Assembly: GCA_963665655.1 (NCBI GenBank)
Contig: OY762429.1
Coordinates: 112,492 to 176,491 of the forward strand
DNA: 64,000 bases
Direction: 5' to 3'
Origin: Terriglobia bacterium
GTDB lineage: Bacteria > Acidobacteriota > Terriglobia > Versatilivoradales > Versatilivoraceae
The translations under genes and the position numbers were made by a program. This document shows positions 37,888 through 48,908 of the stretch, in pieces. How positions within the stretch are numbered: the stretch's first letter is position 1; every line of letters starts with the position of its first letter. The notes below the pieces were generated by a model that did no database searches, was not told where the DNA came from, and saw only the letters and a list, made by a program, of their open reading frames with translations.

Positions 37888-40284
37888 ATGAAGAAGAGGA
37901 TTGAACGGGTGGCGGTGGTCGGCGCAGGGGTGATGGGTGCGGCCATTGCCGCCCACCTGGTCAACGCCCGCTTTTCGGTCTGCCTGCTGGACATCCCTCC
38001 TTCGGATCCGACTCCCGAGACGGAATCCGGGGGAGGGTGGGCGTCCGACCCCCAATTCCGGCAGCGGCTGGTGCAACAGGGACTGCGCCGGGCGGAACGA
38101 ACCAAGCCTCCGGCCTTCTTTCTTCCCGAGGACTCCCGGCGTGTTCAAGCAGGGAATTTGCAGGACCACCGATCCTGGCTGGGAGAGGTGGACTGGATCA
38201 TTGAAGCCGTCTCGGAAGACTTTGACGTCAAGGCCCGCCTGCTCAAGGACCTCGATCGCATTCGCCGGTCGGGATCGATCGTCAGTTCCAACACCTCCGG
38301 GATCTCGGTCAGCCGCCTGGCCGCGGGGCTGAGCGACGACTTTCGGCGACACTGGCTGGGAACCCATTTCTTCAACCCGCCTCGCTACCTCAAGCTTCTG
38401 GAACTGATTCCCACCCCGGAAACCCTGGAGTCCGTGGTCGAGACCATCAGCCATCTCGGCCACTATCGCCTGGGCAAGGGCATCGTGGTCGCCAAGGACA
38501 CTCCCAACTTCGTGGCCAACCGGGTCGGCGCCTTTTCCCTCCAGCGACTCCTTCGCCTGGTGTTGGACGAAGGGTACGGAATAGACGAGGTCGACCTGTT
38601 GACCGGCAGGCTGATCGGGCGCCCCAAGAGCGCCACCTTTCGCACGCTGGACATCGTCGGCCTCGACACCTTTGCACGGGTTACCGCCAACCTCCTTGAA
38701 AACGCGCCCGGCGACGAGCACCGCCAACTGTTCGAGATCCCGGACATCATCCGGAGGCTGATTGAGCAAGACCGGCTGGGAGCCAAGAGCGGACAAGGCT
38801 TCTACCGAAAGTCGCCGGGCGGGGAAATCCTGGTCCTGGACCCCGAGTCCCTGGAATATCGCTCCCGTCGCAGGGCCGAGTATCCCTCGCTGGCGGAGGT
38901 CAAGGCCATCCCGGACACCTCGCAACGGTTGAGGGCGCTGATTCGATCCGACGACCGAGCCGGACAACTGGTCTGGAAGACGCTCAGCGGAGAGTTGGTT
39001 TACGCCGCCAATCGAATTCCGGAGATTTCGGACGACATCGTCACCATCGACAATGCCATGAAGTGGGGTTTCAATTGGGAGATGGGACCGTTCGAGACCT
39101 GGGATGCCTTGGGTGTCGAAGCGGTGGCGGCGCGCCTGGAGTCCGAGGGAAGAACGGTGCCGGAATTGGCGCGGATGGTCTTGGAAACACCCGGAAAGAG
39201 CTTTTACCGGCGGAGCCGGGGAACCGTTTCCTACTTCGATCGCCCCTCGCGGAACTATCTCCGACTCGCCCTTCCGGACGGAGCGGTCCTGCTGTCTTCT
39301 CTCAGGGAACGGAAGGGAGGAGTCGTTCGCAGGAGTCCCCGGGCCAGCCTGATCGACCTTGGCGACGGTGTTCTCTGTCTCGAGTTCCACGCCAAGATGA
39401 ATACCATTGGGGACGACACCCTTCAAATGACACGAGACGCGCTTCAGGTGGTGCGCTCCGACTTTGCCGGCATGGTGATCGGCAACCAGGGCGCCAACTT
39501 TTCCGCCGGAGCCGACCTGGTGGAAATCCTGCGCAAGGCCCGGGGACGGAAATGGAAGGCAATCGACAGCATGATTCGGCTGTTTCAATCAGCCAACATG
39601 GAGATCAAGTATTCCCCCTGTCCGGTGGTCGTCGCTCCTTTCGGGCTCACCCTGGGAGGCGGGTGCGAAATCGCCTTGCACGCTTCGGCCGTGCAGGCCT
39701 CGGCTGAAACCTACATGGGCCTGGTCGAGTTGGGCGTGGGCCTGATTCCGGCAGCGGGAGGCACCAAGGAAATGGTGTTGCGGAGCCTGGAAAGGTCCGG
39801 GCCCGGGCAGGAGCTCCTTCCGTGTCTGCGCACATCCTTCGAGACCATCGCCACGGCAAAGGTGTCCAGCAGCGGTCTGGAGGCCCGATCTCTGGGCTTC
39901 ATTCGCTCCGGAGACACCATTACCATGAACCCCGACCGCCTGATCGCCGACGCCAAGCGGAGAGTCCTGACCCTGGTCCGGCAAGGCTTTCGGAAACCCG
40001 ATCCGCCGCTGTCGGTGCCCGCGCTGGGCCGTCCGGCGCTTTCCACCCTCAAGATCGGCATGCACCAGTTGCTGCGGGGAGCCTACATCAGCCCCTACGA
40101 CTACCAGTTGGGAAGCAAACTGGCCCATATTCTCTGCGGCGGCGACGGCAGCAGCCCCAAGAACGTCAACGAGCAGCATTTTCTGGATCTGGAAAGAGAG
40201 ACCTTTCTGAGCGTCTGTGGAGAACCCAAGTCGCAGGACCGGATCCAACACATGCTGGAGAGAGGCAAGCCGCTTAGAAACTGA
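37888..40284 (+). CDS. Bifunctional 3-hydroxyacyl-CoA dehydrogenase / enoyl-CoA hydratase (FadN-like order: 3HCDH N-terminal, crotonase C-terminal)
   Basis: [17 protein letters not shown]-binding Rossmann at the N-terminus. Crotonase-fold region in the C-terminal half. 798 aa. Confidence 0.85.
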   Translation: MKKRIERVAVVGAGVMGAAIAAHLVNARFSVCLLDIPPSDPTPETESGGGWASDPQFRQRLVQQGLRRAERTKPPAFFLPEDSRRVQAGNLQDHRSWLGEVDWIIEAVSEDFDVKARLLKDLDRIRRSGSIVSSNTSGISVSRLAAGLSDDFRRHWLGTHFFNPPRYLKLLELIPTPETLESVVETISHLGHYRLGKGIVVAKDTPNFVANRVGAFSLQRLLRLVLDEGYGIDEVDLLTGRLIGRPKSATFRTLDIVGLDTFARVTANLLENAPGDEHRQLFEIPDIIRRLIEQDRLGAKSGQGFYRKSPGGEILVLDPESLEYRSRRRAEYPSLAEVKAIPDTSQRLRALIRSDDRAGQLVWKTLSGELVYAANRIPEISDDIVTIDNAMKWGFNWEMGPFETWDALGVEAVAARLESEGRTVPELARMVLETPGKSFYRRSRGTVSYFDRPSRNYLRLALPDGAVLLSSLRERKGGVVRRSPRASLIDLGDGVLCLEFHAKMNTIGDDTLQMTRDALQVVRSDFAGMVIGNQGANFSAGADLVEILRKARGRKWKAIDSMIRLFQSANMEIKYSPCPVVVAPFGLTLGGGCEIALHASAVQASAETYMGLVELGVGLIPAAGGTKEMVLRSLERSGPGQELLPCLRTSFETIATAKVSSSGLEARSLGFIRSGDTITMNPDRLIADAKRRVLTLVRQGFRKPDPPLSVPALGRPALSTLKIGMHQLLRGAYISPYDYQLGSKLAHILCGGDGSSPKNVNEQHFLDLERETFLSVCGEPKSQDRIQHMLERGKPLRN

Positions 40285-40307
40285 GCGGAACCACTGAGAA
40301 CGGACCC

Positions 40308-41525
40308 ATGCAAGAGGCTGTGATCGTCAGCGCCGTCAGGACTCCCGTCGGGAAGGCCAGGAAAGGCGCGCTGAGACATGCCCGACCCGACGACCTGGCT
40401 GCCGCGGCCATCTCGGAAGCCGTCCGGCGCGCTCCCGGATTGAAGCCCGGCCAGATCGAGGACATCATCCTGGGGTGCGCCATGCCGGAGGCGGAGCAGG
40501 GAATGAACGTGGCCCGTATCGCCGGACTGAGGGCCGGCCTGCCGGTCGAAGTCCCGGCTGTCACCGTCAACCGCTTCTGCGCCTCGGGCCTCCAGTCCAT
40601 CGCCTTCGCCGCCGAGAGAATCCGGTGCGGCTCGGCCGACGTCATCCTGGCCGGAGGGACGGAAAGCATGAGCCTGGTCCCCATGGCCGGGCGCCATTTC
40701 TCACCCAACCCCGAGCTGGTGGATTCCTACCCGGACGTCTACCTCAACATGGGACTGACGGCCGAAAACCTGGCCCGCAAGTACGACATCTCCCGCGAGC
40801 AGCAGGACCGCTTTGCCCTCCAAAGCCACCGCAAGGCGCTCCAGGCCATGCGGGACGGACGCTTTCAGGCTGAAATCGTTCCGCTGGAGCTGCCGCTGGA
40901 TGGCCTTGGCCGAGCCGCACCGGATTCTCCCGGCGGCCGAGGGAATGGAAAGGAAGAGAAGGCGGCAGTCCGCTCCCGTTTCGATCGGGACGAGGGTCCA
41001 CGGAAGGACACCAGCCTGCAAGCCCTGGCCCAACTAAGACCCGCCTTCCACGCCTGGGGCTCCGTGACTGCCGGAAACTCCTCGCCCATGAGTGACGGCG
41101 CTGCCGCGGTGTTGCTGGCCTCCGGGGAAAGGGCCAGGGATCGGGGCTGGAAGATCCTGGGACGGTTCGTCTCCTTCGCCACTGCCGGAGTGGCTCCCGA
41201 GGAGATGGGTCTCGGCCCCGTCCTGGCCATTCCCAAGGCGCTGAAGCAGGCGGGTCTCGACCTCCGCCACCTCGGTCTGATTGAATTGAATGAAGCCTTT
41301 GCGGCCCAAGCGCTGGCGGTCATTCGCCAATCCGGCCTGGATCCCGACCGGGTCAACGTCGCCGGAGGCGCCATCGCCCTGGGGCACCCCCTGGGCTGCA
41401 CCGGCGCCAAGCTGACGGCAACCCTGCTTGGCGAGATGCGCCGGCGCCAGGTTCAGTTCGGAATGGTCACCCTCTGCGTCGGGGGCGGCATGGGCGCCGC
41501 CGGAATCCTGGAGCTGGTCGATTGA
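40308..41525 (+). CDS. Acetyl-CoA C-acyltransferase (3-ketoacyl-CoA thiolase) with ~45-aa insertion
   Basis: [11 protein letters not shown] active-site Cys block, [16 protein letters not shown]. Low-complexity insert [22 protein letters not shown].... Confidence 0.9.
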   Translation: MQEAVIVSAVRTPVGKARKGALRHARPDDLAAAAISEAVRRAPGLKPGQIEDIILGCAMPEAEQGMNVARIAGLRAGLPVEVPAVTVNRFCASGLQSIAFAAERIRCGSADVILAGGTESMSLVPMAGRHFSPNPELVDSYPDVYLNMGLTAENLARKYDISREQQDRFALQSHRKALQAMRDGRFQAEIVPLELPLDGLGRAAPDSPGGRGNGKEEKAAVRSRFDRDEGPRKDTSLQALAQLRPAFHAWGSVTAGNSSPMSDGAAAVLLASGERARDRGWKILGRFVSFATAGVAPEEMGLGPVLAIPKALKQAGLDLRHLGLIELNEAFAAQALAVIRQSGLDPDRVNVAGGAIALGHPLGCTGAKLTATLLGEMRRRQVQFGMVTLCVGGGMGAAGILELVD

Positions 41526-41594
41526 CCGGCGCCGAATCCCGATTCCGCTACCGAATGGTCCGATGGGTGTTGGCCGTATGAGGCGCCCGAATAG

Positions 41595-42977
<1,383 letters not shown>

Positions 42978-43021
42978 CGATAACCGACTTGCATTTGCCA
43001 TCTGCGCTCACCACCCGGTTC

Positions 43022-45838
43022 TCATGATTCTTTGGCTGCTCGGGCAAGCGCCCGCAGGATTTCGTCGAGGACCGAATCCAGCCTTGGGCCCAGATCTTCG
43101 GCCAAGAACCTCAACACCACATATCCATGTTCCTGCAGCAGGGCATCCTTGCGACGGTCTCGCCGGTACGCTTCACGGTCTCCCAGGTGTTGCGACCCAT
43201 CCAGTTCGATCACCAGTCGTGAAGCCGGGTCCAGAAAGTCGACCTCCATGTGGCCTTCCTGACAAAACGGAATCGGCAATTGGGCGTTCAACCGGAATCG
43301 ATCTCTGGTTTCGGGCAGGCTTTGCAGGCGGCGCAACAGGAAGGCTTCGCTGGCGCTGCGCACGCGCGGGGTGTCTGGCTCGGCCGAGGGTAACGGAGCG
43401 GTGATGGTGCTGAAGAGTTCGGCGAGGGGTTCGTCAACTCCATCGCGTAGCAGACGCCGCACGCTTGCCGCATACTGGTGTTTCCAATGCCCACCGGCGG
43501 GAAGCTGGACGCTGGCAGGCCAGCCGGGAGCAGCACTGGCAGGCAGCGAAATGGAATAGCCGGCTGCCTCGTAGGCGCGACAGCGTCGGTCGAACATGCG
43601 CGACAGCATCGGAACATCGAGATCAGCGTAGTCGTAGACGCGGACCTCACGCTTGTGTTCGTGAGGACGATGCAGACGTCCGACGTACTGGGAGATGGTT
43701 CCGCGCCAGGACACGGGCATGGTGAGGAACAAGCTATCGAGCCGCGGGTTGTCGAACCCCTCCCCAATGAGCCGGCCCGTGGCCAGCAATACCCGCCCCG
43801 GGACCGACTCGGCAGCCCGAGCCAGAGCGGATTTGAGCGCCCTGTTTCCCATCCCACCTTGCAGACATACAACGTCGAGACCTTTGGCCTGGAGCCCTCC
43901 GGCAAGGGTCTGCAAGTGGTTGACTCGTTCCGTTAATACCAGTGGCGCACGGCCGTTTTGGACGTTCTCGACAACATCGGAGCAGATCGCCAGATTCCGG
44001 CTGTCGTCCCTTATCAACTGATCGCAAACGCGTTGGAACTCGATGCGTGCGTCGCCTTCCGGCTCGCCTTGCATTCGGAATGAGGTTGGTCGGGCCAGCA
44101 CGTCGTGGGAAAAGGGCCTTTTTGCAGCCTGACATTTGGCATCCACGCGGTGCCGTACGGGACCGCACTGCATGAACACAATCGGCTGGTGGCCATCCTT
44201 TCGCACCACGGTTGCCGAAAGTCCAGTGAGGTACTTGGCTTTTGCGCGGCTGACCGCCAGTTCGAAGCTGAAAGCGGGGACATGATGACATTCATCGACA
44301 ATCACGTATCCGTAATCGGCAATACGGTCGTCGACCACGCCTTTTCTGGTCAAGCTCTGAATCAGGGCAACATCGATCTTGCCAGTGAGTTTCTTGCGGC
44401 CACCCCCCAAACGCCCAATATCGCTTTCTGCGAGGTCAAGTAATTCGCCCAATCGGGTGACCCATTGTTCCAACAGTTGTTTTCGATGAACGAGAATCAG
44501 CGTGTTGACGCCTCGTTGAGCGATCAGCCACGCGGCCAGGACCGTTTTTCCGAACGCGGTCGTGGCCGCCAAGACTCCGGTGTCATGGGCCAGCATGGCG
44601 TTCGCTGCCGTCTCCTGCTCAGGGCGCAGGATGCCTTGGAAGGACACCGCAAGGCGTAAACCTGGGTAGCGTCGGTCCTGAATCGAAAGCTCGATCCCAA
44701 AACCGCGGAGAAGCGCTTCCACCTCTTCCAGACAGCCCCGAGGAAGCTCAATGAATCCAGCTCCATCCTCTGCGCAGGCCACGATCCTCGGCTTGCCGTA
44801 GGTTGGCAACCGCATGGCCTGAGCACGATAAAACTCTGGATTCTGGAACGCCGCCAGCCGCAACAGGCGTGTGACGATGCTCGGAGGCAAATCCGCTTTG
44901 GGGATGTAGACTCGGTCAGCGAGTACGATCTCCAAATTGTCGGGAACCGGTGCGGTTACGGACGGTTCAATGAGCCTACGGGACGGCGGTGCGTTCCACG
45001 GCGCGGCGGCAAACAGATCGTCATCGAGAGTGACGGTCCTGACGCCCAACACGCGCCCTTTCTTCTCCGCTGATTCGACCAGGGACTCCGCCTGCTTTGA
45101 AGTGATTCGGCCGAGTTGCGAAAGATGTGCCCACTGATCGGCAAACGGATTCAAGTCCGCATCGACAAATACGCTATTGCCGGCCTTCCGTGGCTCGCGC
45201 TGCAGCGGCAAAGCGATCAAGTTGCCGAATCCGGCACGTGGCAACGTATCTTGACTCGGAAAGAAACGGTCGTAAGAGCGAAAGCCGAGATCGGGCCGGT
45301 CATCCATGGCTTCAGTGAGAAGCATCGCCCCCAAACGGCGCGCCAAACCTGCCGGTACAGCCTCGTCGAAGAACAGCCAAATGTGTCCGCCGTTTCCCGA
45401 CCTCGAACGTTCGAGCGTGGCGGGGACTCCCCGCCTGGCACAGATTTCCAGATAGGCTGCTACGTCATCACTCCATCGCTCGCCGTCAAAGTCTACCGCC
45501 AGAAAGCGACAGCTTTCGTCGAGCAACATGGGATAGACGCCCATGGTGAACGCCTTGCCGTTATCGTCTGCGCCAGACAGGTGCCAGCGCACGACCTGGT
45601 CGGTGACCGGGAGGAACTGCCGGTTGTGACAGTCAGCGCACTTGATCTTCGGCTTTTCGCACACACCCGGTCGCCACTCGTTGGAACATGCTGGCGCATA
45701 ACCCGACCTACCGGATGTCAAGCTCTCGAATCGGCGCGGATAGATGTCCTCACGTCCCCGAAACAGCGAGCGAAACAGGGCGATCTTGCTTGCGGCGCTG
45801 GAGCGGCGACTGACAAGAGCGACGTCGTTCATGGTCAT
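43022..45838 (-). CDS. 938-aa fusion: AEP/PrimPol-like N-terminal domain + SF2 DEAH-box helicase + C-terminal DUF559 (Vsr-like PD-(D/E)xK) nuclease domain
   Basis: N-terminus has AEP motifs I (FLAVDFDGE), II (SRSGNGGHIWLFFD), III-like (RAGFGNLIALP). Helicase has Walker A (TAFGKTVLAAW) and DEAH box (VIVDECHH). C-terminus has a DUF559 signature (VDFLDPASRLVIELDGSQHL...RRDRRKDALLQEHGYVVLRF). Starts 16 nt after the lptFG stop. Confidence 0.8.
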   Translation of the reverse strand: MTMNDVALVSRRSSAASKIALFRSLFRGREDIYPRRFESLTSGRSGYAPACSNEWRPGVCEKPKIKCADCHNRQFLPVTDQVVRWHLSGADDNGKAFTMGVYPMLLDESCRFLAVDFDGERWSDDVAAYLEICARRGVPATLERSRSGNGGHIWLFFDEAVPAGLARRLGAMLLTEAMDDRPDLGFRSYDRFFPSQDTLPRAGFGNLIALPLQREPRKAGNSVFVDADLNPFADQWAHLSQLGRITSKQAESLVESAEKKGRVLGVRTVTLDDDLFAAAPWNAPPSRRLIEPSVTAPVPDNLEIVLADRVYIPKADLPPSIVTRLLRLAAFQNPEFYRAQAMRLPTYGKPRIVACAEDGAGFIELPRGCLEEVEALLRGFGIELSIQDRRYPGLRLAVSFQGILRPEQETAANAMLAHDTGVLAATTAFGKTVLAAWLIAQRGVNTLILVHRKQLLEQWVTRLGELLDLAESDIGRLGGGRKKLTGKIDVALIQSLTRKGVVDDRIADYGYVIVDECHHVPAFSFELAVSRAKAKYLTGLSATVVRKDGHQPIVFMQCGPVRHRVDAKCQAAKRPFSHDVLARPTSFRMQGEPEGDARIEFQRVCDQLIRDDSRNLAICSDVVENVQNGRAPLVLTERVNHLQTLAGGLQAKGLDVVCLQGGMGNRALKSALARAAESVPGRVLLATGRLIGEGFDNPRLDSLFLTMPVSWRGTISQYVGRLHRPHEHKREVRVYDYADLDVPMLSRMFDRRCRAYEAAGYSISLPASAAPGWPASVQLPAGGHWKHQYAASVRRLLRDGVDEPLAELFSTITAPLPSAEPDTPRVRSASEAFLLRRLQSLPETRDRFRLNAQLPIPFCQEGHMEVDFLDPASRLVIELDGSQHLGDREAYRRDRRKDALLQEHGYVVLRFLAEDLGPRLDSVLDEILRALARAAKES

Positions 45839-45853
45839 GACCAGGTGTCCAGC

Positions 45854-48196
45854 CTACGTCCGAACGTTAAATAGCAGATAGACGCCTCCGGCCCCGAAAA
45901 CCAGGTTGGGAGCCCAGGCGGCCAATAGCGGCTCCAGCTTGCCCGCGCTCCCGATCTGCTCGAAGAACCCCTGCAAAACCCAGTAGCTGATTCCGACCAC
46001 GATGCTGAGTCCGATGCCGTAGAGCGAACCTCGCCGGCCCGTCGAAAAAGCAAAGGGAATCGCAATCATGGCCATGGTCAAACTCACCAGCGGAAAGGAC
46101 AGCTTGCTGTGCCGGGCTACCTTCAGCCGCACCACGTCGAACCCGCTCCGACTCAAATCGTCAATGGTGCTCCCCAATTCCCAATAGCTCATTTTGGACG
46201 ACTGACGCACTTCCTTCTTGAAGTAGTCGGGTCGCTCTCCAATGGACCCGATCAGTTCGCGGTCGATCGCCAGAAACTGGGCCTGCCGGGGCCGGTCGTG
46301 GCTGAAACCCTGAGCCCAGCCCTCCTCGAATACCCATCCGGATCGATTCCGGTCCCACGACGCTTTCTCGGCAAAGACCATCCGGGTCACCGCAAGCGTC
46401 CGCGGATCGAAGTCAAACACCGAAATCCGATTGAAGACGTTCTGCTCGTCGTCAAAATAGTTGTAGTGGAAGATGCGGTTTCGTTCGCCCATCATCCACT
46501 TGCGGGTGGGGCGTTTGGTCTGAGGATTGCGCCCCTTGATGACACGCCTCAAGTCGTCCTGCTTCTGGTTGGCGGAGGGGAGGATGTATTCCTGCAGCAT
46601 GAAGGAGCCGGTGCTCAACAAGAGTGCGGTCACCAGTACCGGGAAAGACAGTCGATAAAGACTGATTCCGGAGGACTTCATGGCCACGATCTGCGAGGTT
46701 CGGGTCAGGAGGCTGAAGCTCACCAGCGCGGCTACCAGGACGCTGAACGGGATCATCTGCACCAGGATATGCGGAATCAGGTATAGAAAGTAATCGAACA
46801 CGACCCAGCCGGAAATGCCTTGCCCGACGATGTCGCTGAGCAGTTCAAAGAAGGTAAACAGCACGAAGAGCACGATGAAGGCGGAAAGCACCAGGACGAA
46901 GAACTTCAGGAAGCCGCTGAGGATGTACTTGTCCAGCGTCCATCCGGCAGGGAAGCGCAAGATTCCGCCCCTCGGGGCCCGGTGGCTCCGGACGGGAGCA
47001 TCGGACCTGATGGCGTTCTTGTGAAGTCTCCCGGCTGCGCTCCAGAGAGCGTTGACCAGAGGACGAAACAGCCTCCCCCAGGAAAACTGTCTCTCCGAGG
47101 TCAGCAAGAGAAACAGTCCCAACGCCAGAAACACCAGGTTCGCCAGCCAGGGACCCAGGAAGGCCGGGATATGACCGCTTTCGGCAAAGGCCAGACCCTG
47201 GGAAAACAGAATGAAATAGACCAGGAAGATGATCAGGCTGATGACGAATCCGAAGGACTTGCCGCTCCTCCTGGTGACAACGCCCAGAGGAAGCCCGAGA
47301 ATGGCAAACACAAAGACGGCCAGAGGAAGCGCCAGTCGACGATTGAGCTCAATGACCGCCTTTCTGCGGTGGAGGTCGCTGCCGGTCGAGGCCTCGGAGA
47401 AAGCCTCGCCGTGGAGCTCGAGCGTGTCCATCTCGGCAATGGTCTTGTCCTTGGGAGCACCCGCGGAGGCACCCATGGCCTTGACAAGGGGAACCGTAGC
47501 CTGTTCAAAGGAAGTGACCCGCACGGTGCCTTCTTTTCCCGGCACCACCTCGTAAGTCGCACCCCGTTGAAGGTTGAGCTGCAGCTCACGCCGGCCCAGG
47601 TGGTTGATCAATCCACCCTGGCGGGAAAAGGTGGTCTTGGGCCAGTTGGCCCCGGTGACCTCGGCAAGGAAAATACCTTTCCAGGAGCGCCGGTCGGGGG
47701 CTGCATCCATGACGTAGACCACCCGACCGGGAAACCGCTCTTCGAAAACGCCTCTCCGGACCACGGTGTTGAGCGACTTGAGCGCAACTTCATCCTTGAT
47801 CAGTGTCAAGCGGTGAGTGGCTCTGGGAGACCACAAGTTGGAATTCAACAGGGCCAGCGTGCCCACCACCGCCGAAAAGACCAGAACCGGCCACAGCAGA
47901 TTTCTGAGACCGATTCCGGAAGATCGCATGGCGGTAATTTCACTGTCGGCCGAAAGGCGCCCGAAACAGATCAGAATGCCCAACAGGACCGACATGGGAA
48001 TGGAAAAGGTCAGCACCTTGGGCAGGATGCACAGGAAGAGCAAACCGGCCTCCTGCAAGGTGATGTTCTCTTGAACCAGGGTCTCCATCAGCCGACTGGA
48101 CACTTCGTTGGTCAGCAGGACAGCGCTGAATACCAGGGTGCCCAGACCGAAGGAGCCGATGATTTCCAGCAATATCGACTGTCGGAGAATTCTCAT
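45854..48196 (-). CDS. Fused LptF-LptG lipopolysaccharide export permease (two YjgP/YjgQ domains in one ~780-aa polypeptide)
   Basis: Two consecutive permease modules (MRILRQSILLEIIGSF... and LDKYILSGFLKFFVLVL...), each ~6 TM, in one uninterrupted ORF. ATG at 48196. Confidence 0.8.
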   Translation of the reverse strand: MRILRQSILLEIIGSFGLGTLVFSAVLLTNEVSSRLMETLVQENITLQEAGLLFLCILPKVLTFSIPMSVLLGILICFGRLSADSEITAMRSSGIGLRNLLWPVLVFSAVVGTLALLNSNLWSPRATHRLTLIKDEVALKSLNTVVRRGVFEERFPGRVVYVMDAAPDRRSWKGIFLAEVTGANWPKTTFSRQGGLINHLGRRELQLNLQRGATYEVVPGKEGTVRVTSFEQATVPLVKAMGASAGAPKDKTIAEMDTLELHGEAFSEASTGSDLHRRKAVIELNRRLALPLAVFVFAILGLPLGVVTRRSGKSFGFVISLIIFLVYFILFSQGLAFAESGHIPAFLGPWLANLVFLALGLFLLLTSERQFSWGRLFRPLVNALWSAAGRLHKNAIRSDAPVRSHRAPRGGILRFPAGWTLDKYILSGFLKFFVLVLSAFIVLFVLFTFFELLSDIVGQGISGWVVFDYFLYLIPHILVQMIPFSVLVAALVSFSLLTRTSQIVAMKSSGISLYRLSFPVLVTALLLSTGSFMLQEYILPSANQKQDDLRRVIKGRNPQTKRPTRKWMMGERNRIFHYNYFDDEQNVFNRISVFDFDPRTLAVTRMVFAEKASWDRNRSGWVFEEGWAQGFSHDRPRQAQFLAIDRELIGSIGERPDYFKKEVRQSSKMSYWELGSTIDDLSRSGFDVVRLKVARHSKLSFPLVSLTMAMIAIPFAFSTGRRGSLYGIGLSIVVGISYWVLQGFFEQIGSAGKLEPLLAAWAPNLVFGAGGVYLLFNVRT

Positions 48197-48549
48197 TGGG
48201 GACCGCCGGCCATTGATTTCATTCTCATCGGCATGCCTGCCAGGTTCCTTTACCCGCCACCATGCCCATTTTAGCCGCATTTCTCACCAGCTCGCCGGTG
48301 GCATGATGAAAACCTGTTGATCCGCGACGGGGAACCGAGGAGCACCCAACCGACCCGCAGATTCGCGTGGCTTATTTTAAAGTTTACATAATATACCTTA
48401 TCGGAAGTCGAGTTCGGACCGCTGGGATCGCCCCTGCTTCCGGACGCCTGTCTCTCGGCCGCGGCAAATTGGTTGCAACCGTTCCACTGGGACTCGATAT
48501 ATAATGGCCACCCGGTCGGGATTCATTGGAACATGGAGACAGCCAAAGC

Positions 48550-48686
48550 ATGAAAGCCCTGATTCTAACGGCGCACGCAATCAATAACATTCCTCACAGT
48601 CATTTCGAATGGGTCCTGGCAGCCGGGCTGGTGTTGGCCTATTGGGTGTTCCGATGCATTCAATCCAAGGGCTTCCGGGACCGTTA
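48550..48686 (+). CDS. Possible small membrane protein (45 aa) upstream of kefB-like gene
   Basis: ATG 48550, protein MKALILTAHAINNIPHSHFEWVLAAGLVLAYWVFRCIQSKGFRDR, one hydrophobic helix. Weak evidence. Confidence 0.25.
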
Positions 48687-48908
48687 GCGGCTCCATCCCG
48701 TTCCAGGCCGGGAACGACCTTGCCCGCGGCTCTCCAGGCCATGGGCTCCCACCGCGGTCGGCTCAATCAGCCGGAATCAGTCTCCTGGTGCGCCTTCGTG
48801 GTTATCCTTTTCCCCTTCGTTGCCTTTCGGTATTAGGGTATTCGGGGCTCTGCTCCATGCCGCGCTTTCCGGCCGCCGGCCTGCAATTTTTGAATTTCTT
48901 CTTGGACC

